From the NCBI GenBank assembly GCA_963789465.1, contig CAWBLL010000019.1, positions 782,173 to 846,172 on the forward strand: a stretch of DNA of 64,000 bases, written 5' to 3'. Positions within the stretch are counted from its first letter, which is position 1. Every line of letters begins with the position of its first letter. The stretch is from an uncultured Bacteroidales bacterium (GTDB lineage Bacteria; Bacteroidota; Bacteroidia; Bacteroidales; VadinHA17). This document shows, in pieces, positions 19,346 to 29,106 of the stretch. The notes under the pieces are model-generated. The model searched no databases. It had not been told where the DNA came from and saw only the letters and a list, made by a program, of their open reading frames with translations. Both the position numbers and the translations under genes were made by a program.

Positions 19346-19613
19346 TATGAGGAATATTTATCAAAAAAAGTTATTCAAAATCCGAAAATTTTTAACAATC
19401 CGGGGTAAAGTTACCCGTGATGAGCCGAAAGGATGATCAACCCCTGTTCATCCGGTTTGGTGCACCAGCGTCCAGTAGGCTTTTCACTCTCATGCCATAT
19501 GAAACGATGTTTCATGCTGTTTTGTTATTAAATATTCCCTTGGTGATGATAAATTTTCCAAAATACTGGTTGTCAAAATAAAATAGTTTTTATTTTTGAC
19601 GGATAAAATAAAA

Positions 19614-20931
19614 ATGTTGATCAGACTTGCGAAAATATTTTTGGTAACCTTGTTACTGTCCTTGATGAGTTTTAACCCTGGTGCAAGGGAGAACAGCCTG
19701 GTGCTTGTGGATAAACTGGTGCCCGAAAATATAAGGATAACAAACAATACTCCTGAATCTCAGGCATTCCCTGCGGCAGAAAAAATTGTCAATTCATTCC
19801 TTCATAAATGGTCGATAGCCGGGGCATCAATTGCGGTGGCAAAGGATGGAAAACTCATTTATGCAAGAGGCTTCGGCCTGGCTGATACTGTGGAAAAGAT
19901 TCAGACTCAGCCTTTTAGTCAATTCAGGGTAGCCAGTATTTCTAAGCTTGTAACGGCAACTGCCCTGATGAAACTTTATGAAGAGGGCAAACTGTCACTC
20001 GATGCCAGAGTCTTTGGTCCCCAAGGAATACTTAATGATCCGTACTTTGCTGAACCTAAGGACAAGCGGGTTTTTGACATAACGGTTGAAGAGTTGTTGA
20101 GTCATGAAGGAGGATGGAGTCAGAGATATGGAGACCAGATGTTTATGCCAATTGTCATCGCTGAGAAATTGAATCTCAGACCACCGGTAGATACCAGGGA
20201 CATTGTCAGATTCGCTTTGGACAAAAGACTTCAATATACTCCGGGGAAAGGACGTGCCTACTCAAATCTTGGCTACAGTATACTTGGGCTGGTAATCGAG
20301 AAAATTACAGGGATGCCTTATGAAACATACTGCAGGAAGGCAATACTGGAACCACTGGGTATTTATGATATGACGATAGCCGGAAATCTTCAGACTGAAA
20401 AGGCACCTTTTGAAGTAACATATTACGAAGCAACCGATGTTGTTCTAAAACCATCGATATACGGCACAGGAGAATTGCTTCCTCCGAGATATGGCGGAAA
20501 CGATATCAGGGCACTGGGTGCTGCCGGTGCCTGGATTGCAACGGCCCCTGACCTGATGCGCTTATTGCTTGCCGTTGACGGATTTCAGACAAGGCCTGAT
20601 ATCCTGTCACAGCAAAGCATAGAGTTTATGACTGACCTGAGCAACGGCTTTGCTCCGGTTGGATGGAAAACAACTGTAATGAACGGAAATTGGTGGAGGA
20701 CCGGTTCTTTCCCCGGAACTGCCGGTATGTTGAAGAGACAGCCAGACGGAACAGCCTGGGTTGTGCTCCTTAATTCCAGCGCCTGGAACGGTCCTGAGAT
20801 CTATTCATATATCAACAATATGATGAACAGGTTGATTTCTAAAATGGATCCCGATGCCTGACTATGACCTTTTTAATAACTCACTGCCCCTGCCATTGAA
20901 TACTTCGCTTAAGGGATATTCCTCAAAATAG
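19614..20931 (+). CDS. Serine hydrolase (beta-lactamase class C / penicillin-binding family); apparent +1 frameshift near 20853
   Basis: FRVASISK (SxxK), LLSHEGG, AYSNLGY motifs; removing one base extends the C-terminus through PDYDLF to TAG 20931, 2 bp before the next ATG. Confidence 0.85.
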
Positions 20932-20933
20932 CC

Positions 20934-21660
20934 ATGTGCTTTACAGTAAATGTAAATCTTATTAAAGAGGAACTGGAGAACAGGTATGGCGCAACGCTTA
21001 TAGATCCTGATAATTACAGACCGAGTTACTATTATCAGGCTTTCAGCCTTCCGGATATTCCTGCAATTTGCTCCCCTGAACCTGACAAGATAAGGCTTTT
21101 AAAATGGGGACTGATACCATCATGGACAAGAACACTTGACGACGCAAGGGCAATCCGGTACAAAACATTCAATGCCAGGGCAGAAAGCATTGAGAAGAAG
21201 CCTTCTTTCTCTGCTTCAGTCAGGTACAGAAGGTGCATTATCCCTCTTCAGGGGTTTTATGAGTGGCAGCATACAGTAAAGGGGAAAATACCCTGGTATA
21301 TTTATCATTACAGGAATGAAATACTCTCAGTAGCCGGAGTGTTCGACGATTGGATTTCCGGTGAGACAGGTGAGAAATTCACAACATTCTCGATCGTCAC
21401 AACCGATGCTAACGAACTGATGGCTGAAATTCACAATTCGGCAAAAAGAATGCCTGTTATCCTCGAAAAGTCCTCAGAAACTATATGGATGGAACAATCA
21501 ACATCCCTGGATAATGCCCTCGCCGTTTTGAAACCATGTCCTTCTGAGATTTTAAAGGCTTATACAGTGAGCCCACTTATCAATGACCGGAGTATCAACC
21601 GCAACACTCCAGAAGCTTATTGAACCTTATTCCTATGATACCGGGAATCTGCTTTTTTGA
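20934..21660 (+). CDS. SOS response-associated peptidase (SRAP/YedK/HMCES family); apparent +1 frameshift near 21614
   Basis: N-terminal M-C catalytic Cys, KWGLIPSW, FNARAE, GFYEW, IHNSAKRMPVIL; corrected tail PELIEPYSYDTGNLLF. Confidence 0.92.
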
Positions 21661-21762
21661 TTTAAGGCTTCTCCCGGTATAACCATGATTGCATCGTTAA
21701 GAAAATCCCGATGACGTGTCTGTATAGGAATTTTTAACATTCGGGGCAATGGCATCGCCCAA

Positions 21763-22527
21763 TTATTGCGCCACAAAATGATAAGTGAGTGTTCCGGTTT
21801 CGATCTTTGGGGAATTCATGTCTGGATTGAAACGGGAAATAAGTGCCGTTGATACAGCTTTTTCAACAAGACAAGGATCGGAGGTAGTACTTTCGCCTTC
21901 CAGAACTTTTACCTTTTCTACGATCCCCTTCTGATTAACCTCAATTGACATCACAACTTTACCCTCACCCTCACATTCATAGATTGGAATAGGAAGATAA
22001 GTGTGAGTCCGGCCAGGCAGGTTATAATATATGCGGGTAGGCCCTTTATAATTGGCAGCCATTTCCTGTGACTTTTCAGGCTTGTTTGTTTTTTTCCCGG
22101 CACTATCCTTTTCAGCAACCGAAATATTGGCATCTTCATTCAAAGCGGCCTTTTTTTGTTCATCGATAAAATTGTCCTTGCCAAGCTTCCCGCTCTTGAT
22201 GAGCTCATCCTTCACCTTGTCAATATAATCTGCCGCATTGATTTTTGGATCGCCCTTATTTGCCATATTCCGGGCTATGTTAAGCAATTCCTGATCTCCC
22301 TGAAGAACCTTTTCGACAGTTGTTGCAGGCAGAGCGATCTGCTTTTCCTTATTATCATCTTTGGGTTCGGGCTTTACCGTTTCTTCGGGTGCAAACTCCA
22401 CCTGGAAGACATCGTTCATTTCATTATGCAATGATCCGATCTGAAATGACATGAAAATAATAGCAGCAATAAGATGAATTATCACAGTTCCAAGTATTCC
22501 CACGAGTCTTCCTTCATTCTTTTTCAT
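21763..22527 (-). CDS. TonB-C-terminal-like energy transducer family protein
   Basis: N-terminal TM helix, charged linker, C-terminal PIYECEGEGKVVMSIEVNQKG...GTLTYHFVAQ typical of Bacteroidota TonB-like proteins. Confidence 0.7.
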   Translation of the reverse strand: MKKNEGRLVGILGTVIIHLIAAIIFMSFQIGSLHNEMNDVFQVEFAPEETVKPEPKDDNKEKQIALPATTVEKVLQGDQELLNIARNMANKGDPKINAADYIDKVKDELIKSGKLGKDNFIDEQKKAALNEDANISVAEKDSAGKKTNKPEKSQEMAANYKGPTRIYYNLPGRTHTYLPIPIYECEGEGKVVMSIEVNQKGIVEKVKVLEGESTTSDPCLVEKAVSTALISRFNPDMNSPKIETGTLTYHFVAQ

Positions 22528-22708
22528 GAATGCGAAATTATAAAATATTACTTTTATCATGGCTATCAGCCATCCTTATAATTTAATGGGTGGTTTTGAC
22601 GTGGGGCTATGCAGTAGGTTTCTGCCTGAGTATTGCTTTGTAATAATCAGCTGGCCTGGTGAAAACCTTAAACCTCCCGGAGCAATAAGAGCCCCTGGCA
22701 AAAGTGAT

Positions 22709-23401
22709 TTAATTGTTTTTCTGTCTTTTATTCTTTTTCCTGACCTTAGCCTCTGTGGGTTTGTCAAATTTTTGATTTTTAAAGAGACCATGCTTCAGTC
22801 CGTTAACGAATTTTGCCCATGCAAATGGATTGAGCAGGTTATTGACAGGATACTGATTTTTAGTTGCCATGGCATTGAAGTTCTGCTCCATGGCATATCT
22901 GTAGCCGGCTTCGGGAGCTACCCTCAGGCCGACCTGGTTTGACATTGCAACATAAATGGAAGCAAGATTGTCATTCATGTTTTCTATTATCGGATCGATA
23001 GGCTTTTCCCTTGTCATATCCTTCAGAAAATCATTGTAGGTCTTCCAGGGCAGAATTGTCACTTCCTTTATTGAGATGGTATCTATCTGGAGTACAATGT
23101 CAACATTAACCTGCTTCCCATCATATGATTCCGGGATAATTGTATGATATCTCTTATATCCGAGAGCTCTGAAAAGGATAGTATCGCCAGGTGTACTGGG
23201 AATAGAATAGATACCTGAATTCTCGCTTACCGTTCCTCTCTTCAGTTTTCTTGAAATTACAGCTACCCCCGATACCGGTTGGTACGCCTCATCTACGATT
23301 ATGCCGCTTACCTGTATATAAGACTGTCTTCCGGCTATCTGACCGCGTACGGTAAGAAAAGAGACAGTCAGCAAAATGATAGTATAAATAACTCTGTACA
23401 A
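22709..23401 (-). CDS. Carboxypeptidase-regulatory-like domain-containing protein
   Basis: Signal peptide; VSGIIVD..PVSGVAV..GTVSENSGIYSI..GDTILFRALGYK pattern. Confidence 0.75.
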   Translation of the reverse strand: MYRVIYTIILLTVSFLTVRGQIAGRQSYIQVSGIIVDEAYQPVSGVAVISRKLKRGTVSENSGIYSIPSTPGDTILFRALGYKRYHTIIPESYDGKQVNVDIVLQIDTISIKEVTILPWKTYNDFLKDMTREKPIDPIIENMNDNLASIYVAMSNQVGLRVAPEAGYRYAMEQNFNAMATKNQYPVNNLLNPFAWAKFVNGLKHGLFKNQKFDKPTEAKVRKKNKRQKNN

Positions 23402-23559
23402 AGCGAACCTCGTTTTCTTTTAAAACTTTTTACCGTTGCAAATTAAGCAATATTGAATGTAATGTTTAAACATTTAACCATTTTTTAACGCGAGTGTTCA
23501 ACAGATAGTCACAGTTAAGAACCGATCTTGATTAATTTAAAACTTTGGTCATATTAAAG

Positions 23560-23578
23560 TATTGAAAATATTTCAATA
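23560..23578. promoter_or_regulatory. Inverted repeat TATTGAAA-ata-TTTCAATA, candidate operator upstream of iorAB
   Basis: Perfect 8-bp arms, 93 bp before the iorA ATG; AT-rich so chance occurrence is possible. Confidence 0.3.
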
Positions 23579-23671
23579 TTTGCTCCTGGTTTCACAGGCA
23601 TAATGAGACATTATAAATAATTTTGGATGAATACCCTGGATTACCAGGACCATCCGTTACAATATTGACAT

Positions 23672-25276
23672 ATGGAAAAATTACTTTTACTTGGTGATGA
23701 AGCCGTGGCGCAGGCTGCCATGGATGCAGGATTGAGCGGGATGTATGCTTATCCCGGGACTCCGTCCACCGAGATTATGGAATATATTCAGGCATCCGGT
23801 GAAGCAAGGGTCCGTGACGTGCAAAGGGAATGGTCATCTAATGAAAAAACGGCAATGGAAGCTGCCCTGGGCATGTCATATGCAGGCAAAAGAGCCATGG
23901 TGGCCATGAAACATGTAGGCCTGAATGTTGCTGCCGATGCCTTTATTAACTCAGCAATCACAGGTGTAAACGGGGGGCTGGTCGTTGTTTCTGCTGATGA
24001 TCCTTCAATGCATTCATCGCAGAACGAACAGGATTCCAGATTCTATGGGAAGTTCGCCTTAGTTCCATGCTACGAACCTTCAAATCAGCAGGAAGCATAC
24101 GACATGATATCTGATGCATTTGAACTTTCTGAAAAATACAGGACTCCCGTTTTGGTCAGACTCACAACAAGACTCGCACACTCCAGGGCTGTCGTTTTAA
24201 GGAAAGAGACATTGCCCGAAAATAAAATCTCCCTGCCGTCTGACCCGAGGATGTTCGTTCTGCTTCCGGCAATTGCCAGAGAAAAATATAAGAGTCTTTT
24301 ATCTTCAAGCGAAGCGGTTAAATATGATATAAGAATTTCAAAGTACAATCAGTTCAGGGATGGCCGTAAGAGGGAACTAGGAATCATAGCATGCGGCATT
24401 GCGCATAATTACCTGATGGAAAACATAATTGATTTATCGGATGATATTCCTGTTCTTAAAATCTCTGCCTATCCTTTCCCAAAAGAACTCATTGAGGATA
24501 TGACCAAAAGATGCAATGAAGTACTGGTGCTTGAAGAAGGAGCTCCCCTCGTTGAAGAGGCTTTGAGGGGAATTCTCGACAATGGGATAAAAATTTATGG
24601 CAGGCTTGATGGCACACTCCCCCGTGACGGGGAGTTAAATCCTTCACTTGTTGCAAAAGCTCTCGGATTGCCATCTGGCTACGGTGCGGATGTACCTTCC
24701 GTCGTAAAAATGAGGCCTCCTTCCTTCTGCAAAGGGTGCGGACATGCTGATATGTTCACTGATCTTAATGAAGCGATAAAATCCTATGGTCCTGGCAGGG
24801 TTTTCTCAGATATCGGGTGTTATACACTTGCAGCACTACCTCCATATTCTTCCATTAATTCCTGTGTCGATATGGGAGCATCAGTTACTATGGCAATCGG
24901 AGCTGCAGACGCAGGTTTGTTTCCCTCCATCGCAGTTATTGGCGATTCAACTTTTACCCACTCGGGAATGACAGGTCTGCTGGATGCCGTGGTGAAAAAT
25001 TCACCTGTCACTATAATTATAGGCGATAACTCCACAACGGGAATGACGGGGGGGCAGCGTTCTCAGGCTACAGGCAGGATCCGGCAGATATGCGAAGGCA
25101 TAGGAGTGCTGCCCGAACATGTGATCACAATAATACCACTGAGGAAGAATCACGATGAAAATGTCCGCATCATGCGCGAAGAATTTGAATATATAGGCGT
25201 CTCTGTGATAATTGCTGCCAGGGAGTGCATTCAGATGGCGACAAGACGAAAAAAAGGTGAAGTGTCAGCTGAGTAA
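23672..25276 (+). CDS. iorA: Indolepyruvate:ferredoxin oxidoreductase alpha subunit
   Basis: YPGTPSTEI, NEKTAME, MKHVGLNVAAD, SSQNEQDSR, CKGCGH, SDIGCY, IGDSTFTHSG (TPP motif). Confidence 0.93.
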   Translation: MEKLLLLGDEAVAQAAMDAGLSGMYAYPGTPSTEIMEYIQASGEARVRDVQREWSSNEKTAMEAALGMSYAGKRAMVAMKHVGLNVAADAFINSAITGVNGGLVVVSADDPSMHSSQNEQDSRFYGKFALVPCYEPSNQQEAYDMISDAFELSEKYRTPVLVRLTTRLAHSRAVVLRKETLPENKISLPSDPRMFVLLPAIAREKYKSLLSSSEAVKYDIRISKYNQFRDGRKRELGIIACGIAHNYLMENIIDLSDDIPVLKISAYPFPKELIEDMTKRCNEVLVLEEGAPLVEEALRGILDNGIKIYGRLDGTLPRDGELNPSLVAKALGLPSGYGADVPSVVKMRPPSFCKGCGHADMFTDLNEAIKSYGPGRVFSDIGCYTLAALPPYSSINSCVDMGASVTMAIGAADAGLFPSIAVIGDSTFTHSGMTGLLDAVVKNSPVTIIIGDNSTTGMTGGQRSQATGRIRQICEGIGVLPEHVITIIPLRKNHDENVRIMREEFEYIGVSVIIAARECIQMATRRKKGEVSAE

Positions 25277-25293
25277 TGAATAAATAGTTCAAA

Positions 25294-25875
25294 ATGAAGA
25301 ATGATATTATTTTATCAGGCGTAGGAGGTCAGGGGATCTTATCCATTGCAGCGGCAATAGGCCTGGCCGCGGTATCTAACGACTTGTTCCTGAAACAGTC
25401 TGAAGTCCACGGTATGAGCCAGAGAGGCGGTGATGTTCAGTCGCACCTGAGGCTTTCTGACAAAGCAGTGTCATCCGACCTTATTCCTCATGGTAAGGCC
25501 AGCCTGATAATTTCTGTCGAACCCATGGAATCGTTAAGGTATCTGCCCTGGCTGTCAAAAGAGGGCTGGCTGGTTACAAATTCAAGCCCGTTTATAAATA
25601 TTCCTGATTATCCTCCTGTAGATGAATTGCTTGCAGAGATCAGGAAAATAAAAAACCATCTCATAGTTGATGCCGACCGTATTGCCAGGGAATGTGGCTC
25701 GGCACGTTCCGGGAATATGGTAATTCTGGGAGCCGCCTCACCATTTATTGATATGCCTGCCAGTAGTTTAGAAGAGGCAATAAAAAAATTATTTGCCAGA
25801 AAAGGAGAGGAGCTGGTTGAAATAAACCTGAAAGCCTTCAGGGCAGGCAGGGATTCCGCAGCTTCCTCATCATAA
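25294..25875 (+). CDS. iorB: Indolepyruvate:ferredoxin oxidoreductase beta subunit
   Basis: GVGGQGIL, SEVHGMSQRGGDV, EPMESLR, GNMVILGA motifs; follows iorA. Confidence 0.93.
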   Translation: MKNDIILSGVGGQGILSIAAAIGLAAVSNDLFLKQSEVHGMSQRGGDVQSHLRLSDKAVSSDLIPHGKASLIISVEPMESLRYLPWLSKEGWLVTNSSPFINIPDYPPVDELLAEIRKIKNHLIVDADRIARECGSARSGNMVILGAASPFIDMPASSLEEAIKKLFARKGEELVEINLKAFRAGRDSAASSS

Positions 25876-25953
25876 AATAAAATCAGGATATAATCAGACG
25901 GCGACTTCTGATTTCTGTAACAATTGCTTAATTTGCCTGCTAAAATATTTAAG

Positions 25954-27525
25954 ATGTCAGACAATTCAGCAAAAAAAGCAGAAGATTTCCTTTCAATATC
26001 TTCTCAATATAAACTCGGTGGACTTGTTACAGAATCACCTCATCCTGAAACCGGAGATCTTTCATACCTGGCTGCCGGGAACCTTTCGAAAGCTGTTTCA
26101 ATACTAAAAAAGCTTGACGATCATGCGATTAAGGTGCTTTTGGAGAAAAAAAGCGAGATATGTGCACTAAAGAGAGAAGTAAGAGATACCCTGATGTCGG
26201 GAGGTGACATATATTTCTGCGGTTGCGGAGCAACAGGAAGGCTTTCCCTTACAATAGAGACACTATGGCGACAGGTTCATGAGCGTAGCCCTTTAAAAGA
26301 CAGAGTCTTCAGTTTCATGTCTGGAGGGGATGTTGCCCTAATCAGATCTATTGAGAATTTTGAGGATTATCCTCTTTACGGAGCCAGACAGCTGGTTGAG
26401 GCCGGCTTTAAGGATGGAGACCTTCTTATAGGCACCACTGAGGGGGGTGAGACTCCTTTTGTGATAGGGGCTGTAGAAAAAGCTGTTGGATTATCGCACA
26501 GGAAACCATATTTTCTATACTGCAATCCGGACGACCTGCTCATCAGTGCTGCCGAGAGGTCACGTATTGTCATTCAAAACCGTGGCATAGAAAAAATAAA
26601 TCTTACAGTTGGGCCAATGGCCGTCACCGGAAGTACACGAATGCAGGCTTCAACCATCCTTCTGGCAGCGGCAGGGATCTCATTGCTTTCATATAACGAT
26701 ACTGATGAATCTGTATGCGGTTCCATCGATTCATTCCATGAATTCTGGCAAAAAACAGATATACATTTCATTGAGAGGTTTATTATTCAGGAGAGCGCCT
26801 GTTACGACAAAGGCAATTTTCTCCTCTATGAAACGGACAACAGCCTTGGAATCACCATTATCACCGACACTACGGAAAGATCCCCAACATTTAGTCTCTA
26901 TCCCTTCGAAAATGAGAATGAACCTACCGAGCCGCCTTCACTCTGCTATATTTATATGCCCGGTTCGGGAAGCAGCCGTGAGGCATGGGAGAGTTTGTTG
27001 CATAGAGAACCCCGGACTCTCGAATGGCCGGAAATAAACGGAATAGCTTCCATGAAAAGACTGCTTGGATTCGATTTTAGTTCGGAATTAATAAAGAGAA
27101 GAGCACGGAGTGTAAAAAGTGGCAGTCATCATCTCTTCAGGATAAACTTTGAAAATTCTGCAGTCCATTTTGTCCTGGATAAAGAAAAATACTCATTGTC
27201 AACACCGTTTAACAACCCCCTCTTTACCCATCTGATGTTAAAAATGATATTGAATACTCATTCGACCATTGTGATGGGGAGGATGGGAAGGTATGAGGGG
27301 AATATAATGACATATGTACGGGCGAGCAATAATAAGCTTATCGACAGGGCCATCAGATATATCGATCTGATACTTAAGAAAAAACATATCAGTCTCTCCT
27401 ACGAATCTCTGGCACATGTTCTTTTCAGCATGCTGGAAAAGACCCCTGTTGACAGTTCTATAGTTCTGGCAACTGTTGAAGCAATTGAAAAGCGGGAAGA
27501 TAAAACAAACAGGGGCACCCTTTGA
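25954..27525 (+). CDS. Long SIS-domain protein, MurQ / glucokinase-regulatory-protein-like
   Basis: GCGATGRLS, GGDVALIRSIENFED, GETPFVIGA, VGPMAVTGSTRMQAST, GNIMTYVRASNNKLIDRA align to MurQ motifs with an insertion of roughly 200 aa. Confidence 0.75.
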   Translation: MSDNSAKKAEDFLSISSQYKLGGLVTESPHPETGDLSYLAAGNLSKAVSILKKLDDHAIKVLLEKKSEICALKREVRDTLMSGGDIYFCGCGATGRLSLTIETLWRQVHERSPLKDRVFSFMSGGDVALIRSIENFEDYPLYGARQLVEAGFKDGDLLIGTTEGGETPFVIGAVEKAVGLSHRKPYFLYCNPDDLLISAAERSRIVIQNRGIEKINLTVGPMAVTGSTRMQASTILLAAAGISLLSYNDTDESVCGSIDSFHEFWQKTDIHFIERFIIQESACYDKGNFLLYETDNSLGITIITDTTERSPTFSLYPFENENEPTEPPSLCYIYMPGSGSSREAWESLLHREPRTLEWPEINGIASMKRLLGFDFSSELIKRRARSVKSGSHHLFRINFENSAVHFVLDKEKYSLSTPFNNPLFTHLMLKMILNTHSTIVMGRMGRYEGNIMTYVRASNNKLIDRAIRYIDLILKKKHISLSYESLAHVLFSMLEKTPVDSSIVLATVEAIEKREDKTNRGTL

Positions 27526-27534
27526 GTGTCCCTG
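27510..27534 (-). terminator. Intrinsic terminator between convergent SIS gene and ssb
   Basis: Stem caggggcac / gtgtccctg with 7-nt loop; U-rich tail on the minus strand. Confidence 0.6.
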
Positions 27535-27576
27535 TATCAGCGGAAATGCAGCGATTATTTTAAAATCGCCCGGCCT

Positions 27577-27951
27577 TTACAACTCACCTTCTTCATCCTT
27601 GCCAGTGCCATTGGCTTTACCGGATCCGAGGAGCATGAGATCATTCAGAACTATCTCAGTGATATTCTTTGTTAACCCTTTTTTGTCCTCATAGCTGCGG
27701 TATACAATTCTGCCTTCCACTGCAACCTGGCGTCCTTTCTTCAGAAATCTGTCGGCGACATCTGCGATACCGTTCCAGGCAACAATGTTATGCCATGTGG
27801 CTTCCTTTATCTTCTGGCCTTCGGAATTCTTGTAACTGTCGTCAGTTGCAAGGGTGAAACGGGTTACTTTCTTCCCGTTGTCAATTGTTTTTGTCTCAGG
27901 ATTCTGTCCGAGACGACCGATCAGGAGTACCCTGTTTTTTAATGTGTTCAT
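27577..27951 (-). CDS. ssb: Single-stranded DNA-binding protein (short form)
   Basis: NRVLLIGRLGQNPE, FTLAT, TWHNIVAW, KKGRQVAVEGRI OB-fold motifs; start taken as ATG 27951. Confidence 0.92.
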   Translation of the reverse strand: MNTLKNRVLLIGRLGQNPETKTIDNGKKVTRFTLATDDSYKNSEGQKIKEATWHNIVAWNGIADVADRFLKKGRQVAVEGRIVYRSYEDKKGLTKNITEIVLNDLMLLGSGKANGTGKDEEGEL

Positions 27952-28115
27952 GATTTGAAAATTAAGTTTGACATTCAGTTTATTCATGTACAAACTTACA
28001 CCACAACCCTGTACTGTCCCGGTTATTAAGTATTTATACCCGATTCGGAATCATTTATAATCGTTTGTAAACGTTTCACAACGATTTTTTATATCTTTAT
28101 GAAAACATTAGTGCT

Positions 28116-28481
28116 GTGGAAAAGAAATGTCTCGATTGCGGCGACACCCTGCGTGGCCGGACCGATAAAAAATTCTGTTCTGATCAGTGCCGGAATAATT
28201 ATAATAACAGGCTTAACCGTGAATCAAACAACTTTGTCAGAAATGTTCATGGATTGCTGAGAAAAAACAGAAGGATACTTGCCGATCTTTACGCTGAGAA
28301 TAAACTGAGGCTTCATAAGGATGCCTTGTTCGCTCTTGGCTACAATTTCAGTTTCTTTACACACATTATTGAAACCTCTGAGGGACATAAATTTTATTAC
28401 TGCTTTGAGTACGGGTACAGGGATACGGGAAATGATTTTCTTGAACTCAGCGTAAACAGCCGCTACCTTCAATATCAGTGA
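28116..28481 (+). CDS. Zn-ribbon protein (DUF2116-like), conserved Bacteroidota hypothetical
   Basis: CLDCG...GRTDKKFCSDQCRNNYNN motif; GTG start. Confidence 0.75.
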   Translation: MEKKCLDCGDTLRGRTDKKFCSDQCRNNYNNRLNRESNNFVRNVHGLLRKNRRILADLYAENKLRLHKDALFALGYNFSFFTHIIETSEGHKFYYCFEYGYRDTGNDFLELSVNSRYLQYQ

Positions 28482-28504
28482 TCATTCCCGCAATTTCATC
28501 CGGA

Positions 28505-29050
28505 TCACAAAAGTAAGTCATCAGGGGCCGCCTTTTCCACCTTAGGTTTAAGGGGTATGAAATTCCCCGTATATCTCACATGGTCTATCTTGTAATTGTT
28601 GACCGATGCATCACAATATCCGTCCTTCGAAATTGTAAGATAAACATCAAAGGTATTTGTGTCGTTTTTGACCTTCATATTGATTTGATAAGTACCCTTC
28701 GAACTATTATTTTTCAATTCAAATGCAACGACCTTTCCAACCATGTCTATTCCCTTGATCGGTCTAAAACTGTATTGTCTTCCGACATAAGCAGCGCTAA
28801 TAACAACTCTGTTCCCGTCAAGGATAATATAATTGCTCCTGGCTATAAGATCTACCTGGCCTCCGTTTAAAATATGGAGCCGGTCAAACTTGACCAGGAA
28901 CCTCCTCATCTCAACTGCCTGCTTTATGTCGGCCAGCCTTGTAGTATCAATTTTGTTCTCAGGTATATTTTTTGAAGTTTCCGCTACCCTGGAGGTAGCA
29001 CAGGATGTCAAAATTATCAAACCCGACAAAGCAACAATCAGTTTATTCAT
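28505..29050 (-). CDS. DUF4251-like lipoprotein
   Basis: Lipobox ILTS-C from ATG 29050; beta-rich body with NYIILDG and YTG motifs seen in this family. Confidence 0.65.
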   Translation of the reverse strand: MNKLIVALSGLIILTSCATSRVAETSKNIPENKIDTTRLADIKQAVEMRRFLVKFDRLHILNGGQVDLIARSNYIILDGNRVVISAAYVGRQYSFRPIKGIDMVGKVVAFELKNNSSKGTYQINMKVKNDTNTFDVYLTISKDGYCDASVNNYKIDHVRYTGNFIPLKPKVEKAAPDDLLL

Positions 29051-29106
29051 GGCATTCTGTTTACGTGTAATCATTCAAATATCATGCCACATGCTCTGCC
29101 GGATTT

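Noticed and set aside
19401-19440. GTGATGAGCCGAAAGG resembles a hammerhead ribozyme core; TACCCGT resembles TPP riboswitch; CC-GAAA-GG resembles SRP helix 8
   Set aside because: The required companions are missing: no CUGAUGA with CGAAA, no CUGAGA, no CAGG/AGCA loops. Kept only as a low-interest unknown.
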